From: an uncultured virus (IMG/VR IMGVR_UViG_3300010262_000228)
Taxonomy: Duplodnaviria > Heunggongvirae > Uroviricota > Caudoviricetes
IMG/VR virus record: IMGVR_UViG_3300010262_000228
Length of the DNA: 20,000 nt
Direction: 5' to 3' (one strand)
Shown here in pieces: positions 8,244-16,431 of this stretch. The notes under the pieces are model-generated. The model was not told where the DNA came from. It saw only the letters and a program-made list of their open reading frames with translations, and did not search any database. The translations under genes and the position numbers were made by a program. The first letter of the stretch is position 1. Each line of letters starts with the position of its first letter.

Positions 8244-8714
8244 ATGTCCGCTACATATAACTCATATACCGTGGAGGCTATGCATAATGGGCAGTGGTTT
8301 AATATCGACCACTGGTATCGCAATGCCGATGGACAAATGAAACATCAGTATCCGCTTGTCTTTTCGGAGCGGAACCTTATCTGCGAGACTTATGAAAATC
8401 TGCTGCGGTTTCGCCGCCGGATGGAGTTCGATGAACTTGCGCCAACAACACAGGAAATCATCTGTATTGGACACCCCGCTTTTTCTCGTGAATCGCTTGC
8501 ACAATGGGATTACTTCCTTTGGGGAGATTTTGGGGACTTAGAGGCCATGCTGGAATTGGAGCCTGACCCCAGTGAATATCTCACAAAAGAACGCTTCCAT
8601 GAGTTTGTTGCGGAGGTTCGAAAGCTGCGCTATGAGTTTTGGCGCACGATTCCATACAGTCCGGATAGACCCTCAGTTGAGAATTGCCCAATCCGAATAA
8701 TTATCTGCCAGTAA
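8244..8714 (+). CDS. Hypothetical protein
   Basis: GAGGT RBS then ATG 8244. Fits the operon tiling. Confidence 0.65.
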   Translation: MSATYNSYTVEAMHNGQWFNIDHWYRNADGQMKHQYPLVFSERNLICETYENLLRFRRRMEFDELAPTTQEIICIGHPAFSRESLAQWDYFLWGDFGDLEAMLELEPDPSEYLTKERFHEFVAEVRKLRYEFWRTIPYSPDRPSVENCPIRIIICQ

Positions 8715-8787
8715 AGCAAAGTTCTAATAGCTTTTTAGCGTAAGTTGTGGTATTTGTTCGTGTTACCAAAGAAGGAGGTGGACCACC

Positions 8788-9564
8788 ATGATTTATGTTA
8801 TGTCCGATATCCACGGACAGAAACGTCGATTTGATTCTGTCATGGAGCAGATCAACCTGCAACCTGAAGATACCCTTTACATCCTCGGCGATGTTATCGA
8901 CCGAAATCCCGATGGCATCAGAATCTTACGCCAGATCATGGCGATGCCCAATGCAAAAATGGTCTTGGGAAATCATGAATATATGATGCTGAACGCGCTA
9001 TACTACCCCGCACCCGGAGATGACCCAGAGTGGATGGAATACTATCGAGAGCGCAAGTTGTCGCTCTGGTATAACAACGGTGGTCTTGTAACACACAGGT
9101 ATTTGAAGCGAATCCCCAAAATAGTCCGGCAGGAAATCTTCGAATACTTGGATAAGCTGCCCGTCAATATCGACCTGACAGTAAATGACAGACAGTACAT
9201 CTTGACCCACGCAGCTCCCGTTGAGCTGTACCGTCGCTTCGGTCACAAATATAGGGACGAAAGAGAGTTCGCCGTCTGGCGCCGCTTTGATACCTTCATG
9301 GAACTGGAGGGCAAGACTGTGGTGTTTGGTCATACACCAACCTACAATTATAACTTTGAAAGCCCCATGGAAGTCTGGAATGCCGGAAGCTGGATTGGGA
9401 TCGACTGTGGTTGTATTTATCCCGAGGAAGGAGATCTCTGGAGTGGAGCCAATGGCCGTCTGGCCTGCTTACGGTTGGATGACATGATGGTCTTCTACTC
9501 TGAAGAAAACTATCCCGAGGAGGATAATGAAGATGAACAAGAAGCTGAAAGCACCTCAAGTTGA
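8788..9564 (+). CDS. PPP-family Ser/Thr phosphatase-like metallophosphoesterase
   Basis: SDIHG, GDVIDR, GNHE, W..NGG, THA, FGHT, IDCGC. AAGGAGGT RBS. Confidence 0.92.
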   Translation: MIYVMSDIHGQKRRFDSVMEQINLQPEDTLYILGDVIDRNPDGIRILRQIMAMPNAKMVLGNHEYMMLNALYYPAPGDDPEWMEYYRERKLSLWYNNGGLVTHRYLKRIPKIVRQEIFEYLDKLPVNIDLTVNDRQYILTHAAPVELYRRFGHKYRDEREFAVWRRFDTFMELEGKTVVFGHTPTYNYNFESPMEVWNAGSWIGIDCGCIYPEEGDLWSGANGRLACLRLDDMMVFYSEENYPEEDNEDEQEAESTSS

Positions 9565-10786
9565 TCGTTATCTTTGGTGGCTTGGACAAATGGATTACCA
9601 GAAATATGACCATGCCTCCAAATATGATGCAAGATCCTACGAGCTTCTGGACGAACTGTTCGAACTGCTCAAGAATATAAAGACTCTTGAAGGGTCTAGT
9701 GCCTGGAAATTCTGGATTCGTGCAGAACGTGGCACCATTGAAGACTACGGCGACTATGAAGAGATGTTCGATTGTGGTGAGGTCGAAAACCACGAAGATT
9801 ATCTAAACCGATGGAAAACCGAGTATCCCGATGAAACTGAGTGGTATGAGTTTCAGGCCCTCGATGAGAAGACCATCGGGTACAAAGCCATCTTTGTACG
9901 TCACAAGTTTGTTATTGAGTTGGATTCCAGAAAACCAATGGTCGGCTATGAGTATGATATCTCCGAGTTTTCGCAATGGCTTGTAGATGCAGTAAAAGAG
10001 GTCATATCGGAGCTAAAAGAGGGTACCTACAACGAGCGGTTGTCGCGTGAGCTTCCTGATGAACAGCGAACGGGGACAGTTCTGCGGAAATACCAATGGG
10101 AAGTCAGGCCGAAAATCAGGGAGGAAATCTTCGGGGATCTTTCTGAGGCCGACCTTGCTGAATTCCTATCCAATGCAGAAGAAAAACTGTCCGACAACTC
10201 TCGGCTGCTCACTCAGATGACGGCCAATGACTTCTATCGGTACTGCGCTATGGGGTATGCAGCAAACGGATACGATTGCTGCGACAAACCGCCCAAGGAA
10301 CAATACCTCAAGCACGCTGATGGGCGAGATGATGGGCTTCGGAACATAGATCCTGACTCGCCGGAAGCCTTTTCTGACTGGTACCACAATCATATTGGTG
10401 GTGGACATCCGTGGGAGGTCTGTCGCGGCGGAAACTCAACGCACGTATCTCTCTATGTACACCCAAAAGACAATGGTTGGTACCTTTCCCTTGCAGGCTC
10501 TGCATGGACCAGATGCCAGGAAACAATGAAATTCTTCCTTGCGCTACATCGTGCAGGTCTACCAGTGACCGTGTATGAAGCACCTGTGCTGAAGGCCAGG
10601 GTGTTGGGTGAAGAAAAGGTCGGAATCGTCCCTCTGGGTGTCTTTCCGGCGTATTGCCACAGCTACTTCCCCGGCGAAACAGTAATCGACTTTATGAATC
10701 TGCCCGGCGATGAAGATGACAGGAACCGGCTGGTGGAGCATTGCATCTGGCAGCCCCTAGAATATGCAGAGTTAAGCGAGGGATGA
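9533..10786 (+). CDS. Conserved hypothetical protein (417 aa) with HADGRDDGL and GGHPWEV.RGGNSTH motifs
   Basis: Long ORF overlapping the phosphatase stop, with a GGAGG RBS. Confidence 0.8.
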   Translation: MNKKLKAPQVDRYLWWLGQMDYQKYDHASKYDARSYELLDELFELLKNIKTLEGSSAWKFWIRAERGTIEDYGDYEEMFDCGEVENHEDYLNRWKTEYPDETEWYEFQALDEKTIGYKAIFVRHKFVIELDSRKPMVGYEYDISEFSQWLVDAVKEVISELKEGTYNERLSRELPDEQRTGTVLRKYQWEVRPKIREEIFGDLSEADLAEFLSNAEEKLSDNSRLLTQMTANDFYRYCAMGYAANGYDCCDKPPKEQYLKHADGRDDGLRNIDPDSPEAFSDWYHNHIGGGHPWEVCRGGNSTHVSLYVHPKDNGWYLSLAGSAWTRCQETMKFFLALHRAGLPVTVYEAPVLKARVLGEEKVGIVPLGVFPAYCHSYFPGETVIDFMNLPGDEDDRNRLVEHCIWQPLEYAELSEG

Positions 10787-10788
10787 AG

Positions 10789-11037
10789 ATGGTCATTTCC
10801 TACAACAAGCTCTGGAAGCTCCTGATTGATAAGAAAATGAGCAAAGCAGATTTAAGAAAAGCAGCGGGATTGGCTCCCAATACGATGACTCGTCTGCGAA
10901 GGGATCAGGAGGTCACCATTTCGGTGATATACAAAATCTGCACAGCAGTTGGTGCAGACATTGGAGATGTCATGGAATTTCTGCCCGAACCAGAGGAGAC
11001 CCGTGACACTATGATTTCGGCGGCAAATAAAATTTAA
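10789..11037 (+). CDS. Cro/C1-type HTH (HTH_26) regulator
   Basis: ISYNKLWKLLIDKKMSK.DL..V....KIC....IGDVME. Confidence 0.9.
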   Translation: MVISYNKLWKLLIDKKMSKADLRKAAGLAPNTMTRLRRDQEVTISVIYKICTAVGADIGDVMEFLPEPEETRDTMISAANKI

Positions 11038-11106
11038 TATACCTGTAGAGTAGAAAATGGAGTTCAATGCTATATGGGGAGAGCCTTGATTTGACAAAGT
11101 ATCTGT

Positions 11107-11189
11107 CTGTTGCCGCGCAGACCAAGGGGCGTGATAACAGCGATGGCGAGGGACATTTTTCCCTCGCCATTCACGGGAAGGGTGAGGGA
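11107..11189 (+). promoter_or_regulatory. Structured leader with mutually exclusive hairpins over the RBS
   Basis: 11-bp perfect stem at 11143-11170. Its 3' arm can instead pair with the RBS GAAGGGTGAGGGA. A further stem lies at 11107-11140. Confidence 0.45.
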
Positions 11190-11867
11190 ATGAAAATCAT
11201 AGATTATGAGCTCAAGGGTAATGTGGTGCGCTTTTACTTGGGAAAAGCAACGGCAAAAGATTACCACGGAGATGATTGGGACGATCCACTTACCGAAATT
11301 AATGGCAACCTTGTCTATAGCGAATATATCACCGGAACTGCCGAAATTGCGTTCCCATTCGATGCTCTTGTTTTGGACCCATGCGCCGGAGAGCGCAGCT
11401 ACAATTGCACATATTCCAAAAATGACATGAAAAACAGAACTGTTCCCTGCGTGATTGTAATTCCACCGGAGATTGCGAAAAACAGCAGCAGGGACAATTT
11501 TACATACTGGGCTGGGTACAAGGATGCCCTTCGCTTCTATTTTGAAGATCCTATGGAACCCTCACCATTACTTATAAGCTATAGCTTTGAACCCCTGCAG
11601 AAAGGGTTTGTTCAGCAGCACGATGTGTACCAAGCGCTGGCTGGATCGCAATCTGCACAGGAGGGCAATTCGGCGAGGCCGGTGCCTCTGTGGGAAAAGG
11701 AAAACCTCACAATAGAAGAAGCGGCTTCCCTCTTTGGTGTAGGTCAGAACAGAATCCGTGCGCTGACAGACAAGCGCAACTGCGATTTCGTTCTATTCGT
11801 TGGAAATCGACGCCTGATCAAGAGAAAGAAATTTGCCAAGTATTTGGAAACTGCCTTCTCAATCTGA
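11190..11867 (+). CDS. Phage-like hypothetical domain fused to a C-terminal Tn916-type excisionase
   Basis: N-terminal KGNVVRFYLG..GDDWDD. C-terminal VPLWEKENLTIEEAASLFGVGQNRIR..VLFVGNRRLIKRKKF is the Tn916-Xis pattern. Confidence 0.8.
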   Translation: MKIIDYELKGNVVRFYLGKATAKDYHGDDWDDPLTEINGNLVYSEYITGTAEIAFPFDALVLDPCAGERSYNCTYSKNDMKNRTVPCVIVIPPEIAKNSSRDNFTYWAGYKDALRFYFEDPMEPSPLLISYSFEPLQKGFVQQHDVYQALAGSQSAQEGNSARPVPLWEKENLTIEEAASLFGVGQNRIRALTDKRNCDFVLFVGNRRLIKRKKFAKYLETAFSI

Positions 11868-11883
11868 TATGGAGGGATCTTCA

Positions 11884-12129
11884 ATGCTGGATTACTCGAC
11901 ACTGCCCTCGGTTACAGAGGATGAATTCGTAAAAGACCCCGAAACCTATTTTGAAAGAGTTCACCAAGGGGAAAGCCCCCTTTTGATTATCAACAACGAT
12001 GGCCGAAAGTACCTCCTGTTTGATTGGGAAGATTATTGGAAACGCTTCGGTATGCTTTACCCTGACGGAGAGAAAGAGCGGGTCGAAGAAGCCTGCAGAA
12101 AGGCGGCACTTAATGCTCCCCAAGAGTAA
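11884..12129 (+). CDS. Phd/YefM-like antitoxin (orphan)
   Basis: VTEDEFVKDPETYFERVHQGESPLLI..G..YLL..EDY resembles the Phd N-terminal fold. GGAGG RBS. Confidence 0.55.
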   Translation: MLDYSTLPSVTEDEFVKDPETYFERVHQGESPLLIINNDGRKYLLFDWEDYWKRFGMLYPDGEKERVEEACRKAALNAPQE

Positions 12130-12283
12130 GTTTGACATAGAGCTTCCCCAGTCTATCGTCGATTCCTACGCTAGACATCTGGTGTCCGAAATACGCAAGT
12201 ATTACGCCAAAGAAGAGAATCAGCAGGAGTTGGAAGAACACTTAGAAAAGGAAGAAAAGATAGATGATTCTATTTACCAGTGA
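12113..12283 (+). CDS. Small ICE-type hypothetical protein (56 aa)
   Basis: GAAAGG RBS then ATG 12113. ARHLVSEIRKYYAKEENQQELEE. Overlaps both neighbours. Confidence 0.6.
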   Translation: MLPKSKFDIELPQSIVDSYARHLVSEIRKYYAKEENQQELEEHLEKEEKIDDSIYQ

Positions 12284-13058
12284 CCTGCACCTTGGTCATA
12301 AGAATATCCTCAAACTGTGTAATCGTCCGTTTTCCTCAATTGAAGAAATGGATGCGACACTGATCGAGAACTGGAACAAGAAGGTGCATAAGAACGATCA
12401 GGTATATATCCTTGGGGATCTGATGTATCGAAATGAAAAGCCGCCCGAGGAATACCTGCGGCAGCTCAACGGCAAGAAGCACCTCATTACCGGAAATCAC
12501 GATAGAGCCTGGGTCAAGATGTGCGATACTTCTCAGTATTTTAAAAGTGTAAACAGACTGGACTACATTTCGGATAGGAAGCGTCAAATGACGCTGTGCC
12601 ACTTCCCAATGATGTCCTGGCCCCACATGCCCAGGAGCTACATGGTCTTTGGCCACATTCATGGCACTACCGATGCTGATTACTGGCTGCTCATCGCACG
12701 AAACGAAAAGATGCTCAATGCTGGTGTCGATATCAACGGCTATGCACCCGTCACTTTCGATGAGATGGTCGAAAACAACGCAAAACATAAAGCTGCATAT
12801 CTTGAGATGACCACTCAATACACCTTAGAAATGCGGCTTGAAGATATGCTCTGTGATTTGGAGCGTCGCATTGGACTGTTCGAGGAGGCTTGTGCGGCAG
12901 ATATGGCGAAGTGTAAGGAAGCAATTGCGGAGAAAGAATACGAAGGCTTCAAGAGTTACCTCTTGGGTTACCTTGCAAGCAATCAGGCCAGAGATGCGGA
13001 GCTGCAGTTGCTCCGCACGCAGTACGATGCCCTGCTTAGTCTAACCCAGAGCCATTGA
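12264..13058 (+). CDS. Calcineurin-like phosphoesterase (AQ1575-like) with C-terminal helical extension
   Basis: SDLHLGHKNI, RPF..EEMD..WN, LGD, GNHD, CHFP, GHIH, NAGVD. Confidence 0.9.
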   Translation: MILFTSDLHLGHKNILKLCNRPFSSIEEMDATLIENWNKKVHKNDQVYILGDLMYRNEKPPEEYLRQLNGKKHLITGNHDRAWVKMCDTSQYFKSVNRLDYISDRKRQMTLCHFPMMSWPHMPRSYMVFGHIHGTTDADYWLLIARNEKMLNAGVDINGYAPVTFDEMVENNAKHKAAYLEMTTQYTLEMRLEDMLCDLERRIGLFEEACAADMAKCKEAIAEKEYEGFKSYLLGYLASNQARDAELQLLRTQYDALLSLTQSH

Positions 13059-13116
13059 ATCCTCGGAAGTAACATACAAGAGAACCGGACCAAAAGACTG
13101 AAAGGGGCTTTGGACT

Positions 13117-13380
13117 ATGCGAAAACCACAGGAGATCAATGTGATCGTACATTACCCAGCCACGCTCTGTGGGATGGTATCCTTCGTAAAGCAGGTTGTG
13201 TATGCAAATCCAAATCTTCTTTATGACAGAATCAAGAAAAAGCGCATGCCCAAGGAAGAGAAAGGCATTCTTCTCATGATGGCTCGTGAAGAAGAAAGAA
13301 AGTATTCCCGTAATGATTTGCTGTTTTATCAATTGGCAGCGGCGCAAAACGACAAGGAGGATAAACTGCATGTTCCATAA
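13117..13380 (+). CDS. Small ICE-type hypothetical protein
   Basis: GAAAGGGG RBS. INVIVHYP N-terminus. Overlaps the next gene. Confidence 0.6.
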   Translation: MRKPQEINVIVHYPATLCGMVSFVKQVVYANPNLLYDRIKKKRMPKEEKGILLMMAREEERKYSRNDLLFYQLAAAQNDKEDKLHVP

Positions 13381-13834
13381 GCTCCAGGGCGTGTTCCCTA
13401 TGGAAGACTTTGTCCTTGGCTGCAAATTCAAAAACGGGGCTGTTAAGCTCTACGATATGAAACCGTTGATGCGTGATGACTCCGTTTTTTCCTATTTCAA
13501 AGAACATCCTGACATCTTCTATCAGGTAACTGTTAGCCCCGGTGGATACGGAATTATCTGGAATGACGATCTTGACCTCGCGGCAGAGGAAGTCTGGGTG
13601 AACGGCTGGCCGGAATGGGATGAAAACAATCTCGTAACCTTCGAAGTTGAAATTGATGCTGAACTGCTTAGACAGGCGGCAGAACGATTGAAGTCCTTCA
13701 ATCTGTCCCCGGAAGACTGGATGGTCATGTGCTTGGAGGCACTCGTATATCCAGCAACAAGGGATAAGATGATGGAAATACTTCTGAGAGGGCAAGATGA
13801 GCACGCTGCCATGGAGCAAAAGGAGGAGCCATGA
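13370..13834 (+). CDS. DUF2442 domain fused to a RelB/DinJ-like ribbon-helix-helix
   Basis: MFHKL..V.PMEDF.L..F.NG..K.YD..GGYGIIWNDDLDL..EEVW.NG (DUF2442), then EVEIDAELLRQA..L..NLS (RelB-like). AAGGAGG RBS. Confidence 0.75.
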   Translation: MFHKLQGVFPMEDFVLGCKFKNGAVKLYDMKPLMRDDSVFSYFKEHPDIFYQVTVSPGGYGIIWNDDLDLAAEEVWVNGWPEWDENNLVTFEVEIDAELLRQAAERLKSFNLSPEDWMVMCLEALVYPATRDKMMEILLRGQDEHAAMEQKEEP

Positions 13835-14142
13835 TCACAAAAGAGCTCTTCTGTAAAGCCCTCCGAATGATCGTGGAGCAGGAGGAAATCAATCGTCAGT
13901 TTTCCGTTGCTCTACAAGCTGTTGGAAATGGCCACTATGTATTTGGCACACCCAATAAGTATTACGATGCCCTGTTGGAAGTATTGAAAGAGACTGTTGG
14001 CGACAAGTATGACTACATAAGTTGGTGGCTCTATGAAGGAGCTCCCGACTATGAAGTCTGGTCTGCTGACGAAGCGCAGAAGTGGGTACTCAAGGAGCCA
14101 GAAGCACTCTACGACTATATTCGGGACGAGTGCCAGGAATAG
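13831..14142 (+). CDS. Phage-like hypothetical protein
   Basis: ATGA overlap and AGGAGG RBS. MITKELF..DYISWWLYE..EALYDYI. Confidence 0.75.
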   Translation: MITKELFCKALRMIVEQEEINRQFSVALQAVGNGHYVFGTPNKYYDALLEVLKETVGDKYDYISWWLYEGAPDYEVWSADEAQKWVLKEPEALYDYIRDECQE

Positions 14143-14163
14143 CGGACGAAAGGACTATAATCG

Positions 14164-14733
14164 ATGAAGAAAATTCCTACATTATTTCAGCGTGTATTCG
14201 ATAACCACCGAATTGTTGAGGTTTTGCCTGAAGTGCCATCCGAGCTTTCGTGGGTTTTGGCCGGTGAAGGAGTTGCCACGATTAAGTGGGACGGCTCCTG
14301 CTGTGCCATCATCGGTGGAGAATTTTATAAGCGGTATGATGCTAAGCACGGGAAGAAGGTCCCTGCGAATGCTATCCAATGCGAGGCAGCGGCAGACCCT
14401 GTGACTGGACACCTTCCATGCTGGGTTCCATGTAACAGGAATGACCCTGGTGATAAGTGGTTTTGGGATGCCTACGACCGCTCGGAGTCCCATTGCGATG
14501 GAACTTATGAGGCTATTGGACCGCACTTCCGTACTAATCCCCACGACCTTCCCGAGGACATCTTGAAGCCGCACGGCGAGGACATTATCGAAGTGGTTCG
14601 CTCTTTTGACGACATCAAGGCATACCTGACCGAACATTACATCGAAGGAATCGTTTTCTGGAAAGACGGGGAACCCAAGTGCAAAATCAAACGATCCGAC
14701 TTTGCCCTGCCTTGGGGCAAGAATGTGCGGTAG
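14164..14733 (+). CDS. ATP-dependent RNA ligase-like protein, RLIG1/C12orf29 (DUF5565) family
   Basis: Nucleotidyltransferase motif I ATIKWDGSCC (KxDG), RYDAK, GHLPCWVP, YEAIGP..NP, LKPHG, motif IV IEGIVF and motif V KIKR. Confidence 0.85.
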   Translation: MKKIPTLFQRVFDNHRIVEVLPEVPSELSWVLAGEGVATIKWDGSCCAIIGGEFYKRYDAKHGKKVPANAIQCEAAADPVTGHLPCWVPCNRNDPGDKWFWDAYDRSESHCDGTYEAIGPHFRTNPHDLPEDILKPHGEDIIEVVRSFDDIKAYLTEHYIEGIVFWKDGEPKCKIKRSDFALPWGKNVR

Positions 14734-14745
14734 GAGGACATCGCC

Positions 14746-14967
14746 ATGATTCAGTTTGCCATAAATGACGAACAAGAGATCAAGCTGCAGGAATGGAGAA
14801 AAAACCACGATTGCGCCATCAGAAAACCAGATGGGACAAGAATCGCCAGCACTTTTGGCGAAGCAGAAATTTTCCGCTTTATACCTACATCCGTTGGGAC
14901 GGTAATCACTACAGTACAGTGTGCTTGTGGCGCGGACCTGGACTTGACTGAATGGGAGTTTTTCTAA
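14746..14967 (+). CDS. Small phage-like hypothetical protein (His/Cys, possibly Zn-binding)
   Basis: AGGAGG RBS. HDC..FIPTSVG..CACG..LDLT.W. Confidence 0.75.
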   Translation: MIQFAINDEQEIKLQEWRKNHDCAIRKPDGTRIASTFGEAEIFRFIPTSVGTVITTVQCACGADLDLTEWEFF

Positions 14968-14987
14968 GCTGAAAGAGGCGGAAAAAT

Positions 14988-15242
14988 ATGATGTTTCCCT
15001 TGGTGACTCTGGAGGATCAAACTGAAATTGTCCATTCCCACTTGCTCGAGGATGGACGGATAAAGGTGTATGTCGAAACACCGGTTGAGAATGGATTCCA
15101 TAACGCAGAGCTCTATATACCTGAATACATGTGGAAGCAAGTTGATGGTTATGATTCTGATGAATTGGACAAGTTTCTGCAAATCATCATGACAGAAAAA
15201 GACAAAATAATCCTCCGTGCAAAAGGCACGGGCAACACATAA
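14988..15242 (+). CDS. Conserved Firmicute hypothetical protein (family recalled as lying next to DUF4160 genes)
   Basis: MMFP..TL.D.TEIVHS...DGRIKVYVETP..GFH.A...P.Y.W....GY. Confidence 0.7.
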   Translation: MMFPLVTLEDQTEIVHSHLLEDGRIKVYVETPVENGFHNAELYIPEYMWKQVDGYDSDELDKFLQIIMTEKDKIILRAKGTGNT

Positions 15243-15305
15243 CGCGAAAAAATCCCAATAGCCAAAGGCATGACGATCCATCTTCTTTTGACAAGGAGCG
15301 TGAAG

Positions 15306-15791
15306 ATGACCACTCAGGATAAAAACCGCAAACTAATTGAGCGCTTTCCGTTCCTTTTACCGCATAATCGATGGACGGATGAGGTGCCAGAGGACTATGA
15401 CTACTCTTACACAGAGCTAGATGCCATGCCACACGGGTGGCGTATAGCTTTTGGCGAAGAACTGTGTGAGGAGATTCGAGAAGAACTCGTTCAGGCTGAT
15501 TATTTAGACAAGTACCGTATTGCAGAAATCAAGGAAAAATATGGTGCGCTATGTTGGTATGATTTCGGCTGTACTGAGAAGATGGACCGAGAGATTATTC
15601 CGAAGTACGCTGAGAAGTCTGCCACCACCTGCATTCGCTGTGGCAAACCAGCCACAAGGATAACTACTGGGTGGATCAGTCCCTACTGTGACAACTGTCT
15701 CCCCCATTACAACGGGACCCCAGGGCGAAGCATTTCCGTTGAAGAGTTTTTGGGGAAATCAGATTCTGATAAAAAAGGGGAGCGGCTTTAG
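15306..15791 (+). CDS. Phage-like protein with KEKxG motif and C-terminal Zn finger
   Basis: GWR..FG, EIKEKYGALCWY, CIRCGKP..GWI.PYCDNC. AAGGAG RBS. Confidence 0.8.
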   Translation: MTTQDKNRKLIERFPFLLPHNRWTDEVPEDYDYSYTELDAMPHGWRIAFGEELCEEIREELVQADYLDKYRIAEIKEKYGALCWYDFGCTEKMDREIIPKYAEKSATTCIRCGKPATRITTGWISPYCDNCLPHYNGTPGRSISVEEFLGKSDSDKKGERL

Positions 15792-15792
15792 A

Positions 15793-16269
15793 GTGAACGA
15801 TCAGACGATCAAACGAGTCAAAGAACTTCTCGCGACCTATCATGCTCGGGAGCGGCAGATATCCGTTCTACTCTATGAGTTGGATCATGCTCCGAGAGAA
15901 ACTCCGGCTGAGATTATCTCTGAATTGGCTTATGCCAAATCAACTGGTATGTGCGGTATGCCACGCCGGAAAAGCACAAACTACATCGCTGTGAATTACA
16001 AGGAACAGCTTAAGCAAGTCAATGAAGAGGTTATCTGCGAAATATCTATGGAACTGTACCCGCTCAAGCAGGAGCAAGAAAGACTCAACTACTATATGTC
16101 GCTCTTGGAGCAGCGCAAAGCAGATGTTCTTAAACAGATTTACATTGTCGGTGCGACAACAAGCCAAGTCGCCGAGCAGTATGGCCTAACTTATCGAACC
16201 ATTGACCGAATCAAAAAAGCTGCGATATCGTTCAACAACTGGATTCCAGTTCGAGGTCTTGACGGATGA
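15793..16269 (+). CDS. Sigma70 region-4 / ArpU-RinA-like transcription factor, C-terminus possibly chimeric
   Basis: GGGGAG RBS then GTG 15793. LEQRKADVLKQIY..G.T..QVAEQYGLTYRTI.RIKKAAI. Confidence 0.75.
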   Translation: MNDQTIKRVKELLATYHARERQISVLLYELDHAPRETPAEIISELAYAKSTGMCGMPRRKSTNYIAVNYKEQLKQVNEEVICEISMELYPLKQEQERLNYYMSLLEQRKADVLKQIYIVGATTSQVAEQYGLTYRTIDRIKKAAISFNNWIPVRGLDG

Positions 16270-16390
16270 TCCCGTCACCCGGAAAGCGATTGACGATCTC
16301 ATATATGATTTGTACGGTGAAGAAAACCAGCATACCTTAGAGGACTACAAAAGTGGACCCGAACAAGGAATGCAATTTGGTGGCATGTAA
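16227..16390 (+). pseudogene. 3' remnant of an ICE gene
   Basis: Frame ..FEVLTDDPVTRKAIDDLIYDLYGEEN..QGMQFGGM* looks protein-like but has no RBS or start, and overlaps the tail of the sigma-like gene. Confidence 0.5.
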
Positions 16391-16431
16391 ATCGCAAATA
16401 TGAATAACAGAAAGGTTGTGACCGAAGCGTT

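Noticed and set aside
11091..11120. TTGACA as a promoter -35
   Set aside because: No -10 hexamer at 16-18 nt spacing.
6600..15281. Antisense ORFs such as 6600-7244, 9296-9793, 12336-12818, 13274-13819 and 14182-15081
   Set aside because: Shadow ORFs of the plus-strand operon with non-protein-like composition.
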